DNA from: the human T2T-CHM13v2.0 reference genome, Homo sapiens
Assembly: GCF_009914755.1 (NCBI RefSeq)
Contig: NC_060937.1
DNA: 64,000 bases
Strand: one strand, 5' to 3'
Part shown: positions 44,849 through 56,545 of the stretch, piece after piece
Layout of the letters: every line of letters begins with the position of its first letter
Position numbering within the stretch: position 1 is the first letter of the stretch
Translations under genes and position numbers: made by a program
Notes under the pieces: model-generated
Told to the model about the DNA's origin: nothing
Seen by the model: the letters and a program-made list of their open reading frames with translations, nothing else
The model's database searches: none

Positions 44849-45364
44849 GATAATCATGTATATTTTTAAATTCTGTTAATAATTGATTTATTTTTAAATG
44901 TTACACCAAGGGTGCATTTCTGGTATAAAGTCAAATTAGTCATGATATATTACCCCTTTTATGTACTACAAGATTAAATTAGCTATGTGGAGTTAAGGAT
45001 CTTTGTGAGTCTGTTCATTAGGAATGTTGATCTATAATTTTCATATTTTGTCATTTCTTTGTTTGATTTTGCTATCATGTTGGCCTTGGACTTTAAAATG
45101 TAATGGAAAGTGTTCCCTCTTCTAAAATAATCTGTGTAAGGTGGATATTAGTTTCACAGTATCTATTCCTTATATGTTTAATCTAATTAATCAATAAAAC
45201 CATCTGTGTTTGTAGTTTTCCTTGTTAGAAGATACGTTTTAGTACTAATTCAATTTAATTAATAGATACATTGTTATCTAATTTTTTTCTCTTGTTTTGT
45301 TTTGGTAAATTGTACTTTTGAGAAAAGTTTGTATTTAATCTGAGTTGCTAAATTTGTTGATACA

Positions 45365-45510
45365 AATTGTTCATAGTATCTTCTTATTTTTAGGATATTT
45401 AATGATGTTCACACTTTTATTTTTGATATTGGTAATTAATTGCTCATAGTATGTTCTTATTTCCAGGATATTTAATAATGTTCACACTTTTATTTTTGAT
45501 ATTGGTAACT
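45365..45510. repeat. 73-bp tandem duplication within L1M
   Basis: Copies at 45365-45437 and 45438-45510, about 6 mismatches. Confidence 0.92.
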
Positions 45511-46999
45511 AGTAATTCCCTCTCTCTATTTCTAGTTCTAACTCATTATAGCTGTTTTATACCAAATTTATTATCATAGCATGTCTATTTCTTCCTTTAG
45601 TTCTAGCATCTTTGCTCTGTGTATTTTGAACTCCCTTACTAGGTTTATCATGTTTAGGGCTGTTATGCCTTCTTGATGAACTTGCTTATTATTACTTTCC
45701 TCTATCTTTTTATTTCTACTAATGTTCCTTACCTTGAAGTCTGTTTTGTCCAATACTAGTATTTTCATACCCATTCTTTACAGCCGTTGTTATTATTTTT
45801 ACTTTAAATATGTCTGTGTTATTTTACTTTGATGTGTGTTATATATAGTTGTTAAGCTCATTAAATAAATTTCTAATATCTGTTTACTTTTTAAAATGTC
45901 TATCCTTCTCTTTTGATTCTTTTAAAAATTATTTCTGTCTCTTTGCTTAAATTTCCCATGTGTTCCAAACATGATGCCATCTTGTATACAGATCCTTTAT
46001 TGTAAGTTTTACTTGAAGATTTTTGTTTGATTATATTAACATCTGAGTTGTCTCTGAGTCTACTTCTGTTAACTATTTCTCCTATTGGTGATGGGTCACT
46101 TGTTATATGTCTGGTAATTGCTTTTACTCATGTATGTGGACTTTTTTAGGAAGACAATGGTATAAGTGCATAAATACAAAAGCATATAAAGGATGACACA
46201 CATGATATTCAGCCCAGGAAAGGACACACGGCTACTCCTGTCAGTAATCTAACGTGTAGACCTGAGTAAATGTAGTGAATGTATTCTCTACATAAGCTCG
46301 TTCTCAAGTTTGTTGTAGCATTTTTAGATTCAATTTACTGATAGTTACACTATTTTGAAAGAAGAATCAGGGCATTTCCCTTTAATATTGCTTGAAATCC
46401 AAGTACCAGTAACACTTTAGAGAGATCATTGAGATATGCAGCCCGCGCACTAGTTTTCCAAACCACTTGAATCTATTTCTTTTTTAAAACCAGGATTGCA
46501 GCTTTTTGAACTACTGGGGAACTCACTTTGCTCTCTAGTTCTGTCCCTGGAGTTCTGTGCATTGAGAAATTTCTGATTTTTTCTGCTCTGATCTCGCCTT
46601 TGCAGTAGTTTATTTGTACCCAGCATGGGAAGGAGGCCTTCAAGGAGCTCTTTCTCCCTCAGCTCTCTGGCCTTGTGCCCAGCCTCCAATAGGCATTGCC
46701 ATGCACTTATAGAAAAAGGACTTACAGAAGGTACTCTGCACTCTACTGACCTGTCCTCAATGTTTGGAACACTGCCCATGTGCACTTGGTGGAGGTCTGT
46801 GGAAAGATCTGGGTTTAGGTGTGGATTGACGGTGGGTTTGGAGTGTCTATGGACTTCTCCATCCCTTGCTAGCCCATATAAAGCTGCTAAGTCCGCATTC
46901 CAGAGTTCGCTGGCTCTCCTGACTCTTGTCCATGGCATAGCTTCTTACCAACCAAGAGTGAACGCAGGCATGGGTGTCCTCTACTCTCCTCTGTCCTAA

Positions 47000-47841
47000 C
47001 GTGTCCAGAATTTATTCCTTCCAGTGGGTTCTTGGTCTTGCTGACTTCAAGAATGAAGCCGCCGCAGACCTTTGAGGTGAGGGTTAAACAGCTCTTAAAG
47101 GTGGTGTGTCTGGAGTTTGTTCATTTAGATGTACAGATGTGTCCAGAGTTTCTTCCTTCCGGTGGGCTTGTGGTCTCCCTCACTTCAGGAGTGAGGCCGC
47201 AGACCTTCGCAGTAAGTGTTACAGCTCTTAAAGGTGGCGTGTCCGGAGTTGTTTGTTCCTCCTGATGGGTTCGTGGTCTCTCGGACTTCAGGAATGAAGC
47301 AGCGTGTGTTACAGCTCATAAAGGTAGTGCGGACCCAAAGAGTGAGCAGCACCAAGATTTATTGTGAAGAGCGAGAGAGCAAAGCTTCCACAGCATGCAA
47401 GGGGACCCAAGAAGGTTGCTGCTGCTGGTGGCTCAGGTGGCCAGCTTTTATTCCCTTATCACGTCATGCTGATTGGTCCATTTTACAGAGTGCTGATTGG
47501 TGTGTTTTTACAGGGTGCTAATTGGTGCTTTTACAAACCTTTAGCTAGACACAGAGCACTGATTGGTGTGTTTTTACAGAGCGCCGATTGGTGCGTTTAC
47601 AAACCTTTAGCTAGACACAGAGCGCTGATTGGCGCATTTTTACAGAGCGCTGATTGGTGCGTTTACAAACCTTTAGACACAGAGCGCTGATTGGTGTGTT
47701 TTTACAGAGCACCAATTGGTGCATTTACAAACCTTTAGCTAGACACAGAGCATTGATTAGTGTGTTCACAATCCTTTAGCAAGACAGAAAAGTTCTCCAA
47801 GTTCCCAACTGACCCAGAAGCCCAGCCAGCTTCACCTCTCA
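47000..47841 (-). mobile_element. LTR12 (ERV9) solo LTR
   Basis: Ends (C)GTGTCCAGAATT and GCTTCACCTCTCA; U5 repeats GCAGACCTTCGC..ACAGCTCTTAAAG; U3 GCTGATTGGT repeats; 4-bp TSD CTAA. Confidence 0.95.
47440..47775 (-). promoter_or_regulatory. LTR12 U3 promoter: tandem CCAAT (NF-Y) boxes, GATA site and AATAAA TATA-like box
   Basis: Nine ATTGG plus one ATTAG variant; minus strand reads GATAAGGGAATAAAAGCTGG near 47441-47460; activity not shown. Confidence 0.65.
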
Positions 47842-48819
47842 CTAAGAAGGGCTCATCACTTTTTGTACTATGGCTTATTTTTTTTTTTTTTTGCAACAAC
47901 AATTTTAATGGACTAAACAATCAAATCTATGACTTTTAAAGGCTTAGTTAGCCTTCCTGGTTCTGGTATTAGGGTAGAACAACCGTTTTTTTGTGATTGC
48001 TACATCATAACTGTAAGTGAATTTCGTGGTGTCTGAGTTTTCAACAAATTCTTACTGTGTGATTTTTGTATTTTGAGCTATAGCAAATAATATTTATGTG
48101 TACCATCTAAAATCATGTCTTGAGGGACAAATTAATTATAACCCAAAACTAGAATCTAAGAAAAATTGTTCTATCTTATGGCTAAAGTTCACCACAGAAC
48201 ACAGTAAAGTATAGGGGGAAAAATGTTTTAATATGTGAAGTCTTTCTTTTCATGTTCTACAAGAACACGAAATATGGATACTGATTAGAAAATGTATAGG
48301 TTCACTGTAGAAAAGATTTCTTAAATTCATATTTTTGTAGTCTTCTAAATTTAGAAATCTGATTGTTTTGCACACAAGCTTTTTCTTCTTTTTGTATATA
48401 TATTTAATTTTTAAAGTACAATATAAAATTAGCAATAAAGAATTAAGGAACAAGAAGATGAAATTAGGAAATACAGCAAAACCAGAATGGTGAGTTAATT
48501 TCTAATGCTTGTGCAATTATAGTAGTATTTATTGCAACTAGAAGCACCAAAACAATGTTTGAGTACCTATATATTAACATAAGCATGATAATTTAAGCTT
48601 TCTTATTTAGTAAGGGATATTTGGAGTCCATCTATCTCTATGAGTCTCTAAAAAGGGGCTTTCATAATAAATTCAGTTAACACCAATACTGGGCTTTATT
48701 GACATATAGTACAGGGAGTGTCATTTCAGTTACAGGGCTCTGAGCAGATGCTGGTCAACAGAAGCAGTAATCAGAACTGCATCCTTTCTTTCACACCTAG
48801 ACAGTAGCATGACTACCAG

Positions 48820-51116
48820 TGATATTTTCTGGCTATGTCCCACCCAATCTCATCTTGAATTGTAACTCCCACAATTCACACACGTTATGGGAGGAACCCA
48901 GTGGGAGGTAACTGAATCATGGGAGTGGGTCTTTCTCATGCTGTTCCCATAATAGTGAATAAGTTTCATGAGATCTGATGGTTTTATAAGGAGGAGGTCC
49001 ACTGCACACGCTCTTTCTTTACCTGCCACCATCCTTGTAAGATGTGACTTGCTCCTCCTGGCATTCCACCATGATTGTGAGGTCTCCCTGGCCACGTGGA
49101 GCACATAAGTCCATTAAACCTCTTTTTCTTACCAGTCTTGGGCATGACTTTATTATCAGTATGAAAACAGACTAATACAGTAAATTGATACCGGTAGAGT
49201 GGGGCACGGCTACAAAATACCCCAAAATGTGGAAGTGATTTTGGAACTGGGTAAAGGCAGGGCTTGGAACAGTTTAGGGAGCTTAGAAGAAGACAGGAAA
49301 ATGTGAGAATGTTTGGGACTTCCTAGAGACTTTTTGAATGGCTTTGCCCAATATGCTGACAGTGATATGGACAATAAAATTCAGGTAGAGGTGGTCTCAC
49401 ATGGAGATGAGGAACTTGTTGGAAACTAGAATAAATGTGACTCTGTTATGTTATAGCAAAGAGACTGGCAATGTTTTGTCCCTGCCTTACAGGTTTAGGG
49501 AACTTTGAACTTGAGAGAGATGATTTAGGGTATCTGTTGGAAGAAATTTCTAAGCAGCAAAGCATTCAAGAGGTGACTTGGGTGCTGTTAAAGGCATTCA
49601 GTTTTATAAGGGAAGCAGAGCATAAAAGTTCAGAAAATTTGCAGCTTGACAATGCGATAGAATAGAAAATCCCATTTTCTGAGGAGAAATTCAAGCCACT
49701 TTTAGAAATTTGCATAAGTAATCAGGAGCTAAATATTAATACCCTAGACAATGGGGAAAATGTCTCCCAGGCATGTCAGAAGTCTGCATTGCAGCCCCTC
49801 CCATCACAGGCCCAAAGGTCTAGGAAGAAAGAATGGTTTCATGGGCAAGGCCCAGGGTCCCAGTACTGTGTACAGCCTAGGGACTTGGTGTCCTGCATCT
49901 CATGTGCTCCAGCCATGGCTAAAAGGGGCCAACATAGAGCTCAAGCCATTGGCTTAAGAGGGTGTAAGCCCCAAGTCTTGGCAGCTTCCAAGTGGTGTTG
50001 AGCCTACGGGTGCGCAGAAGTCAACAACTGGGATTTGGAAACCTCCACCTAGATTTGAGAGGATGTATGGAAATGCCTGAATGCCCAGGCAGAAGTTTGC
50101 TGCTGGGGTGGGGACCTTATGGAGAACCTCTGCTATGGCAGTGCAGAAAGAAAATGTGGGGTTGGAGCCCCCACACAGAGTCCCTAATGGGGCACTGCCT
50201 AGTGGAGCTGTGAGAAGAAAGCCACCATCCTCCAGACCCCAGAATTGTAGATCCACTCACAGCTTGCACCATGCACCTGGAAAAGTCACAGACACTCAAC
50301 ACCAGCCTGTGAAAGCAGCTGGAAGGGAGGCTGTACCCTGCAAAGCCATAGGGGCGGAGCTGCCCAAGACCATGGGAACCCCCCTCTTGCATCAGAGTGA
50401 CCTGGATGTGAGACATGGAGTTAAAGGAGATCAGTTTGGAGCTTTAAGATTTGACTGCCCCACTGGATTTCAGGCTTGCATGAGACCTGTAGCCCCTTTG
50501 TTCTGGCCAGTTTCTCTCATTTTGAATGGCTGTATTTACCCATGTCTGTACCCCCATTGTATCTAGGAAGCAACTAACTTGCTTTTGATTTTACAGGCTC
50601 ATAGGCAGAAGGGACCTGCCTTGTCTCTGATGAGACTTTGGACTGTGGACTTTTGAGTTAATGCAAAATGAGTTAAGACTTTGGGGGACTGTTGGGAAGG
50701 CATGATTGGTTTTGAAAAATGAGGACATGATATTTGGGAGGGGCCAGGGGAGGAATGATATAGTTCGGCTGTGTCGCCACCCATATCTCATTTTGAATTG
50801 TAATTCCCACAATTCCCATGTGTTGTAGGAGGAACCTGGTCAGAGGTAATTTAATCATGGGGGTGTGTCCTTCTTGTGCTGTTCTCCTGATAGTGAATAA
50901 GTCTCATGAGGTCTGATTGTTTTATACAGAGGAGTTCCCCTGCACAAGCTCTCTCTTTTCCTGCTGCCATCCATGTAATGTGTGACTTGCTCTTCCTTGC
51001 CTTCCACCACGATTGTGAGGCCTCCCCAGCCACGTGGAACTGTAAGTCCATTAAACCTCTTTTTCTTCCCGGTCTCAGGTATCGCTTTATCAGCAGCATG
51101 AAAATGGACTAATACA
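48820..51116 (+). mobile_element. Complete THE1B-like MaLR provirus (LTR 48820-49179, internal 49180-50755, LTR 50756-51116)
   Basis: Two direct LTRs TGATAT..CTAATACA, THE1-int, purine tract GGGGCCAGGGGAGGAA; TSD degenerate (ACCA core). Confidence 0.93.
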
Positions 51117-54100
51117 AACCATCAAAGAGAGGAAATGTAACACTGAGGTTTCAACTCAGTTGCTGGAACCCTAGGAGAAAATAACATTTGCCAAGGAGAC
51201 ATAGTAGAACAGTGACAAAAGAGTAAATCAAATGCCCTAACCCAACTGCCCAAAGAATCATATGAAAAAAAATAGCAAAAACAAACTATAAGACACCAAC
51301 ATAGCAAAATAAATAAAAATAAAATATATCTAATTACCTATGGAACAATAACTTACTTTCATATTAAAGGATGCAAATGCACTTACAAAAGGAACTCAAA
51401 GCACTTTAAAAATGAAGCATTTGATTAATTTGAATCATATATATAAACATTATTTGAATGATAATAGCTGGATATTAGAGCAGACTTCCAAGTCAGTTTG
51501 TTTTCCTTATGCCCAGTGAAGTTGTTTCTCTGTTGCATTTTTAAAAATAAGACAAAGAATTTCCTTGTAAAAGAAAAAAGCAATAACCCCATCATTGGGT
51601 GTTCCTATAAGGCTTATGATCTGTGACTCCCTGATTGCTGCCATTTTGCCCTATAATATCTCTGTGTGCAGATGAAGGATGGATGTTATCTTCCTGCTGT
51701 AATAGTTGATTTTATTTATGGGAAACTTTTGGCCTAGAGAAGTTTAGCAAATCACAGTTTTTGCAGGGTGCTGCTGGGACCTTCTCTCTACTTCATAGAT
51801 TCAGCTGTTCATAGCATAGAATGTAGCCGTCTTCGATAGATTTTTAAAAAGAGACAGGAATGTTGTAAATTTGCCAAGAGTAGATATTTATAATATCTAC
51901 TTTAAAAGTACTAATTTCTAATTGCAGTAAAATAAAAAAGCATTAATAAATTAAATTTAATTTGATGCTTAAAGGTTTTAGCATTTGATTCTACATACAG
52001 GTAATGCTTCCTCCTCGTAAGCTTCGGCATTGTATTTTTACATATACAAATTACTCCTCAATCATCCTCTCCACATGGCAATAGCACTGAGATGATTCCA
52101 GCTACACGAGTGGTCATTTTTGGAGCTCATCACTTAGAATGTGCAAGATCCAAGCACACGTCCTTCCTGAATTTGTGCCTGCCTTTGCTATTGCGCAGAA
52201 TGACCTTCTAAACTGTTTTTTCTGCAAGGCCTAATTATAACATGTTAATTTTTCGAATGAATGTAAAATGTTTCTGAATTCTTCCAGGCTTATTTCCACA
52301 CCCCCATTTTCCAGTGATTTCTTCATCCATGTGTTACAGGCTTAATCATATTATACTGTATTATTTGTTTTATGTATATTTAAGTAATTAGGCTTAGAAC
52401 CCCCGGATTAAACTGGTTCATTAGCTAAAAAATCAGCAAAATATTTGATTCATAGTCATTTATTATTTTAGATTATTAAACAAATGAGAAATGAATAGCC
52501 CTGTTAAGTGAAGTATCTGGATATCATGGGTCTATTGTAACATTAATTCTTTATGACTACACAATTGTCTACTACTGAATTCCATTTAGGGCAGTAGACA
52601 CTGCACTTTCCATGATGTACAGTCTGTATTTTCAACTCTTCGGCTCTAGACCACCAGCACTGAGGGTAAGTTCTATTAATTCTTTCTCTTGAAAATAATC
52701 AATGTTCTCTGTTTGTAATACAGATATGGTGAGATTATTTCTACAGAGTCTTTAGAAATAAACCTTCTCAGCTATAAAATAGCAATTTAATATAATAGAG
52801 TGGAGAATATAATTGAATAATAAATAATGCTGCTATTTTTTGTCATTGGAATGATATAAACCATTAACAGATAAAAAAGAAAGGAATACATAATGTATCC
52901 CAGCAAAGTCATGAAATATAAAGGACGTTTCATTTTTCACAATAAGAAAAAATATAATTTTAAAACTATCAAACATTAACAAGCAAAATATTAGCAAAAA
53001 AATACAATTACTAATATACCTGTATTTTTAAGTTTATTAGACTTATTGAATGTTAATTACCAATATATTTATTGAATCTGATTTTGGTTGTTTTGTAATA
53101 TTTGGCTATTTAAAAGGTAAAATGAGAATGTTTAATAGAGGCACTAGCAAATGGAAGCATTAATTCGCTCAAAATTAATAAAATGTGATAATGAGAACAT
53201 TTAATACTTCTTTAGAGTACCATAAAATAAAAGATGAAAGATTATTTTAGCTGTGCAATAATTACAGTATTATTACAATTAACAGGAATTCATGATAAAG
53301 GAGAGTTTCAAAAGGATTGCCCACGATTTCACAGTTGGTAACCAGTGGTGCCAGAATACAAACCTTTTTAATTCAGTGCCCATATCACAGTTACATTGAG
53401 CAGTGGCACACTTTTTCAAGAACAGACAGAATGTGCATATGAGTTCTAGGGCATTTTTGAAATATATCCATTATTAAATAATAGAGAGATCAAACTCATG
53501 TCTTCTGTGTCCTAAGTCAGTTTACTACATACATGTGAATTGATGATGTAGAAAACAATAATACTAAAACGCCAAACATCACATCAACCTTCCAGTCAAT
53601 CCAATGCTCTTGGTCCTAGTACTATCTAGAGAATTTTAAAAGAAAAAAAATTACTTCCATTGCTTCTTTTATTCACTCATGTATTTAGTACTTTTTAAGT
53701 TCACTTATTCATATTTTTTCATCAAATGCTGAATACACCTGTGAATATGAACTTGATGTGTATTTGATATCTATATCGGTAATAAGTTTATAACTGTAGG
53801 TAATGCTTATATTAATTAAGACATGAAAAATCTCTTTGAAACTTACAGAATTTTATATTAATATTAGGTAATGTAAATGATGATAAATGAGAGATAGCTT
53901 ATACCCAGTGGCACAAATAAATTGCTCATGAAGGAGAAGAAAAACTCAAGCAGAATTATACAATTTGAAGACAACAAGGAGCACCAAGTAATGAGTGGAA
54001 GGAGTGTGTGATCATTGGGTAACGAAGTAAAAAATTTAATTTTACTAAAGCAAACAATGTTTCTACATGAGAATAGTAGAACACAAGACTTCATAAATCT

Positions 54101-55094
54101 GTAAACACACACAGGAGCATGCATAAATGTTGTACCCTAGATCTTGCTATTACTAATAGTTGCAAACCCTTCATAATCTTAATTGTAAGTACTGGGCTCC
54201 CTGAGAGCTCTCTCGCAATTATAACCCTTCATGGACCTCAAACTTACTAGGATCTTCCATTTTTCTATTCTCCTCATTCTAACTTTTCTGCTCAGCTTTA
54301 ATTGATGGGTCAGTGATTACAACAACTCAGTTGCATTAACCTTTGCCCTGCCCACTTTGTCGAGTTCCTTTGGTACTAACAATCCTTGTTAAATCTTCAC
54401 TACTTCATACTCCATACTCTGTGCTCTTACAGATGAACTTAATGTGGCTGAAACAGTTCCTGGGGTTTGGCACCAAACCATCCAATAAACTAAGAGAAAT
54501 TTTGCGCTTTGTGTTGTTCAACCTCAGAATGTTTCAACAGTTAATTTTTTCAGTACCCATTAGAAACCTAAATAGTTTGCAGGTTTATAAAAGAGTTCTT
54601 ACATGCATAAACATATAATAACTATTGTGGCAGTGAGATTCCACAGCCAGTAGTTATACTTAGAAAGTTGTTTCCACTCAGAAATATTTGCTTAATGTTG
54701 ATCATGTTAATGGTAAAATTTTTAACGTCAAGAGCAGTATAAAACAGGTCAAATGACAAACACTGGAGAACACACATATTTAACTAACAAATTATTCACA
54801 TCATCTATTAGAGCATATTTGTTAATTTTTTAGATCTTTTGTTAATAATCTATTAACCTGCTTTCTTTGGATATTTACCAAATTATAATTAGCCTGATAA
54901 TTTCTCAAAAATTAAGGAAAAATAAAATCTGTTTTTGTATTTATTTTAAAGAGAACATTGTGCATGACAACTGTTTTTTCAATGCAAATTTTAATAAGAT
55001 ATTACTTAAATGTACAAATGTTTTTAATATCACTAAACAATTGGCTGTCTTTTTGAGAAGTTTTTTCTGCTACAGATCATATAGGCACAGCAGA

Positions 55095-55345
55095 TATCTC
55101 AGAAGCTATATATGTATATATATAGTATAAATATGTGTATATATATATGGACATATATATAGAGCTATCTATATGATCTATACGTGTATATATAGAGACA
55201 AATAGCTGTATATACACATATACAGCTCTCTGTCTATATACTATCTAGATACTATCAAGAGAGTATGTGTGTGTGTGTATATATACATATGTATATATAT
55301 ATACAGCTGTCTATCTATCTACATAGTGTGTCTCTCTCTAGAGTC
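55095..55345. repeat. Low-complexity TA/CA/GA-rich tract with internal palindromes
   Basis: Mixed dinucleotide runs; AGCTGTATAT/ATATACAGCT inverted pair. Confidence 0.85.
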
Positions 55346-56279
55346 TTAGTCAAGATGCACTTGTGAATTGAAAAGTTCAGGATAAGGCCTAGAGCATTTA
55401 GTGACATAATGGTGAAAATACCACTTCATTAGCTTAGAAGCCACATTCACTTGTTTTTCTTTTTTTTTTTTTACGAGTTAATGCCAAATCAATTACATCC
55501 AAAGATAATATAACTTTAATAACAATTATTTGTAATAGTTCTACTTTTATTTTAAAACGTGGATTAAAAGCTACCAATATATAGCATTATTGTACCCATA
55601 TAAAGATCAGATCTCTTTTTTAACCTTTGATAGATGTGATTTTAAATGATGTATTCTTTTAATATGTAAATGGAGAATTACATATATGTATATTATTTAG
55701 GTTTTTACTGTTGACATTTTTACTAGTGCTTAATCTTCAAAATAAGAAAGCAATAAGGAATTTTATGGAAATATCTTAAATATTATTTAACATTATGTAA
55801 TACACATGACAATTATAAAACTATGAAACATGCAATAATGCAATAATGCTGAGTGTCTGATTCCGTATTACTGCATCAGTGCTAAGATGCAGAGTATAAA
55901 AGTTTAGATTGCAATGATATACACCGTAGTGTGGCCATGCCAAACAGATTTAATGTATACAACAAGTTATTCAGCAAAAGTTGTGTGATATTGAAGGATG
56001 TTCATAATCATGAAAAACATTTCCATTAACCATATCATCATTGAAACTTTAAAACCTTGAAGCTCACTGGATTTTTTTTTACCTTTATATGTCGTATTTC
56101 TACTAAAAACTTGGAAAATATGTTTTTATTTAATAATAATGAAATATATTATAAATCCTGGAGAAAGACATCTATATTGATGCTCATCTAAGTTAGCATT
56201 GACTGCTTTTCCTTTTGCCTAACTAAAAAACTATAGAAATAATGGATACAAAATATACTTAAGATGATCTTTAGGTACT

Positions 56280-56545
56280 GCAGTGGTGATGTGTGTCATT
56301 ATATATTTGGCAAAACCCATAGAATGTACAGCACCAAGATTGAACCCTAATGTAAACTATGGACTTTGGGTGGTGATGTACCAGTGTGGGTTCATTGGTT
56401 GTAACAAATGCACCATTGTGGTGCAAGAGGTCAACAGTTGGGGAGGCTGTGTGCGTTTGAGGTTAGGAACTTAGAATCACTTCATTTTTCATTTAATTTT
56501 TCTATAAACTTAAACTTCCCTAAAAAATAAAGTTGATTAAATTTT
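56280..56545 (+). mobile_element. L1MC-like 3' end
   Basis: AAAACCCATAGAATGTACA..GAACCCTAATGTAAACTATGGACTTTGGGTG..TGTAACAAATGCACCA..CTAAAAAATAAAG. Confidence 0.85.

Larger units (their letters stand above)
42230..48000 (-). mobile_element. Long decayed L1M (MD/ME-like), interrupted by L1PA and LTR12
   Basis: Antisense 3'UTR/ORF2 motifs: GGGTAAATACCTA, GATGTTGAGCATTT, TTATTGAAAAGAC, TGTTGAATAGAAGTGGTGA, CTTGAAGTCTGTTTTGTC; the part beyond ~46000 is tentative. Confidence 0.7.

Noticed and set aside
46450-46999. Overlapping 162-aa and 124-aa ORFs
   Set aside because: No recognisable domain; lies in probable L1M 5' region; length is compatible with chance in GC-richer DNA.
47470-47775. Regular repeats resembling a CRISPR array
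   Set aside because: The spacers are themselves repeated; this is the known LTR12 U3 tandem array in eukaryotic DNA.
50081-50566. 161-aa ORF, with similar peptides at 35656-36462
   Set aside because: MaLR internal-region remnants, interrupted by stops and frameshifts in both copies.
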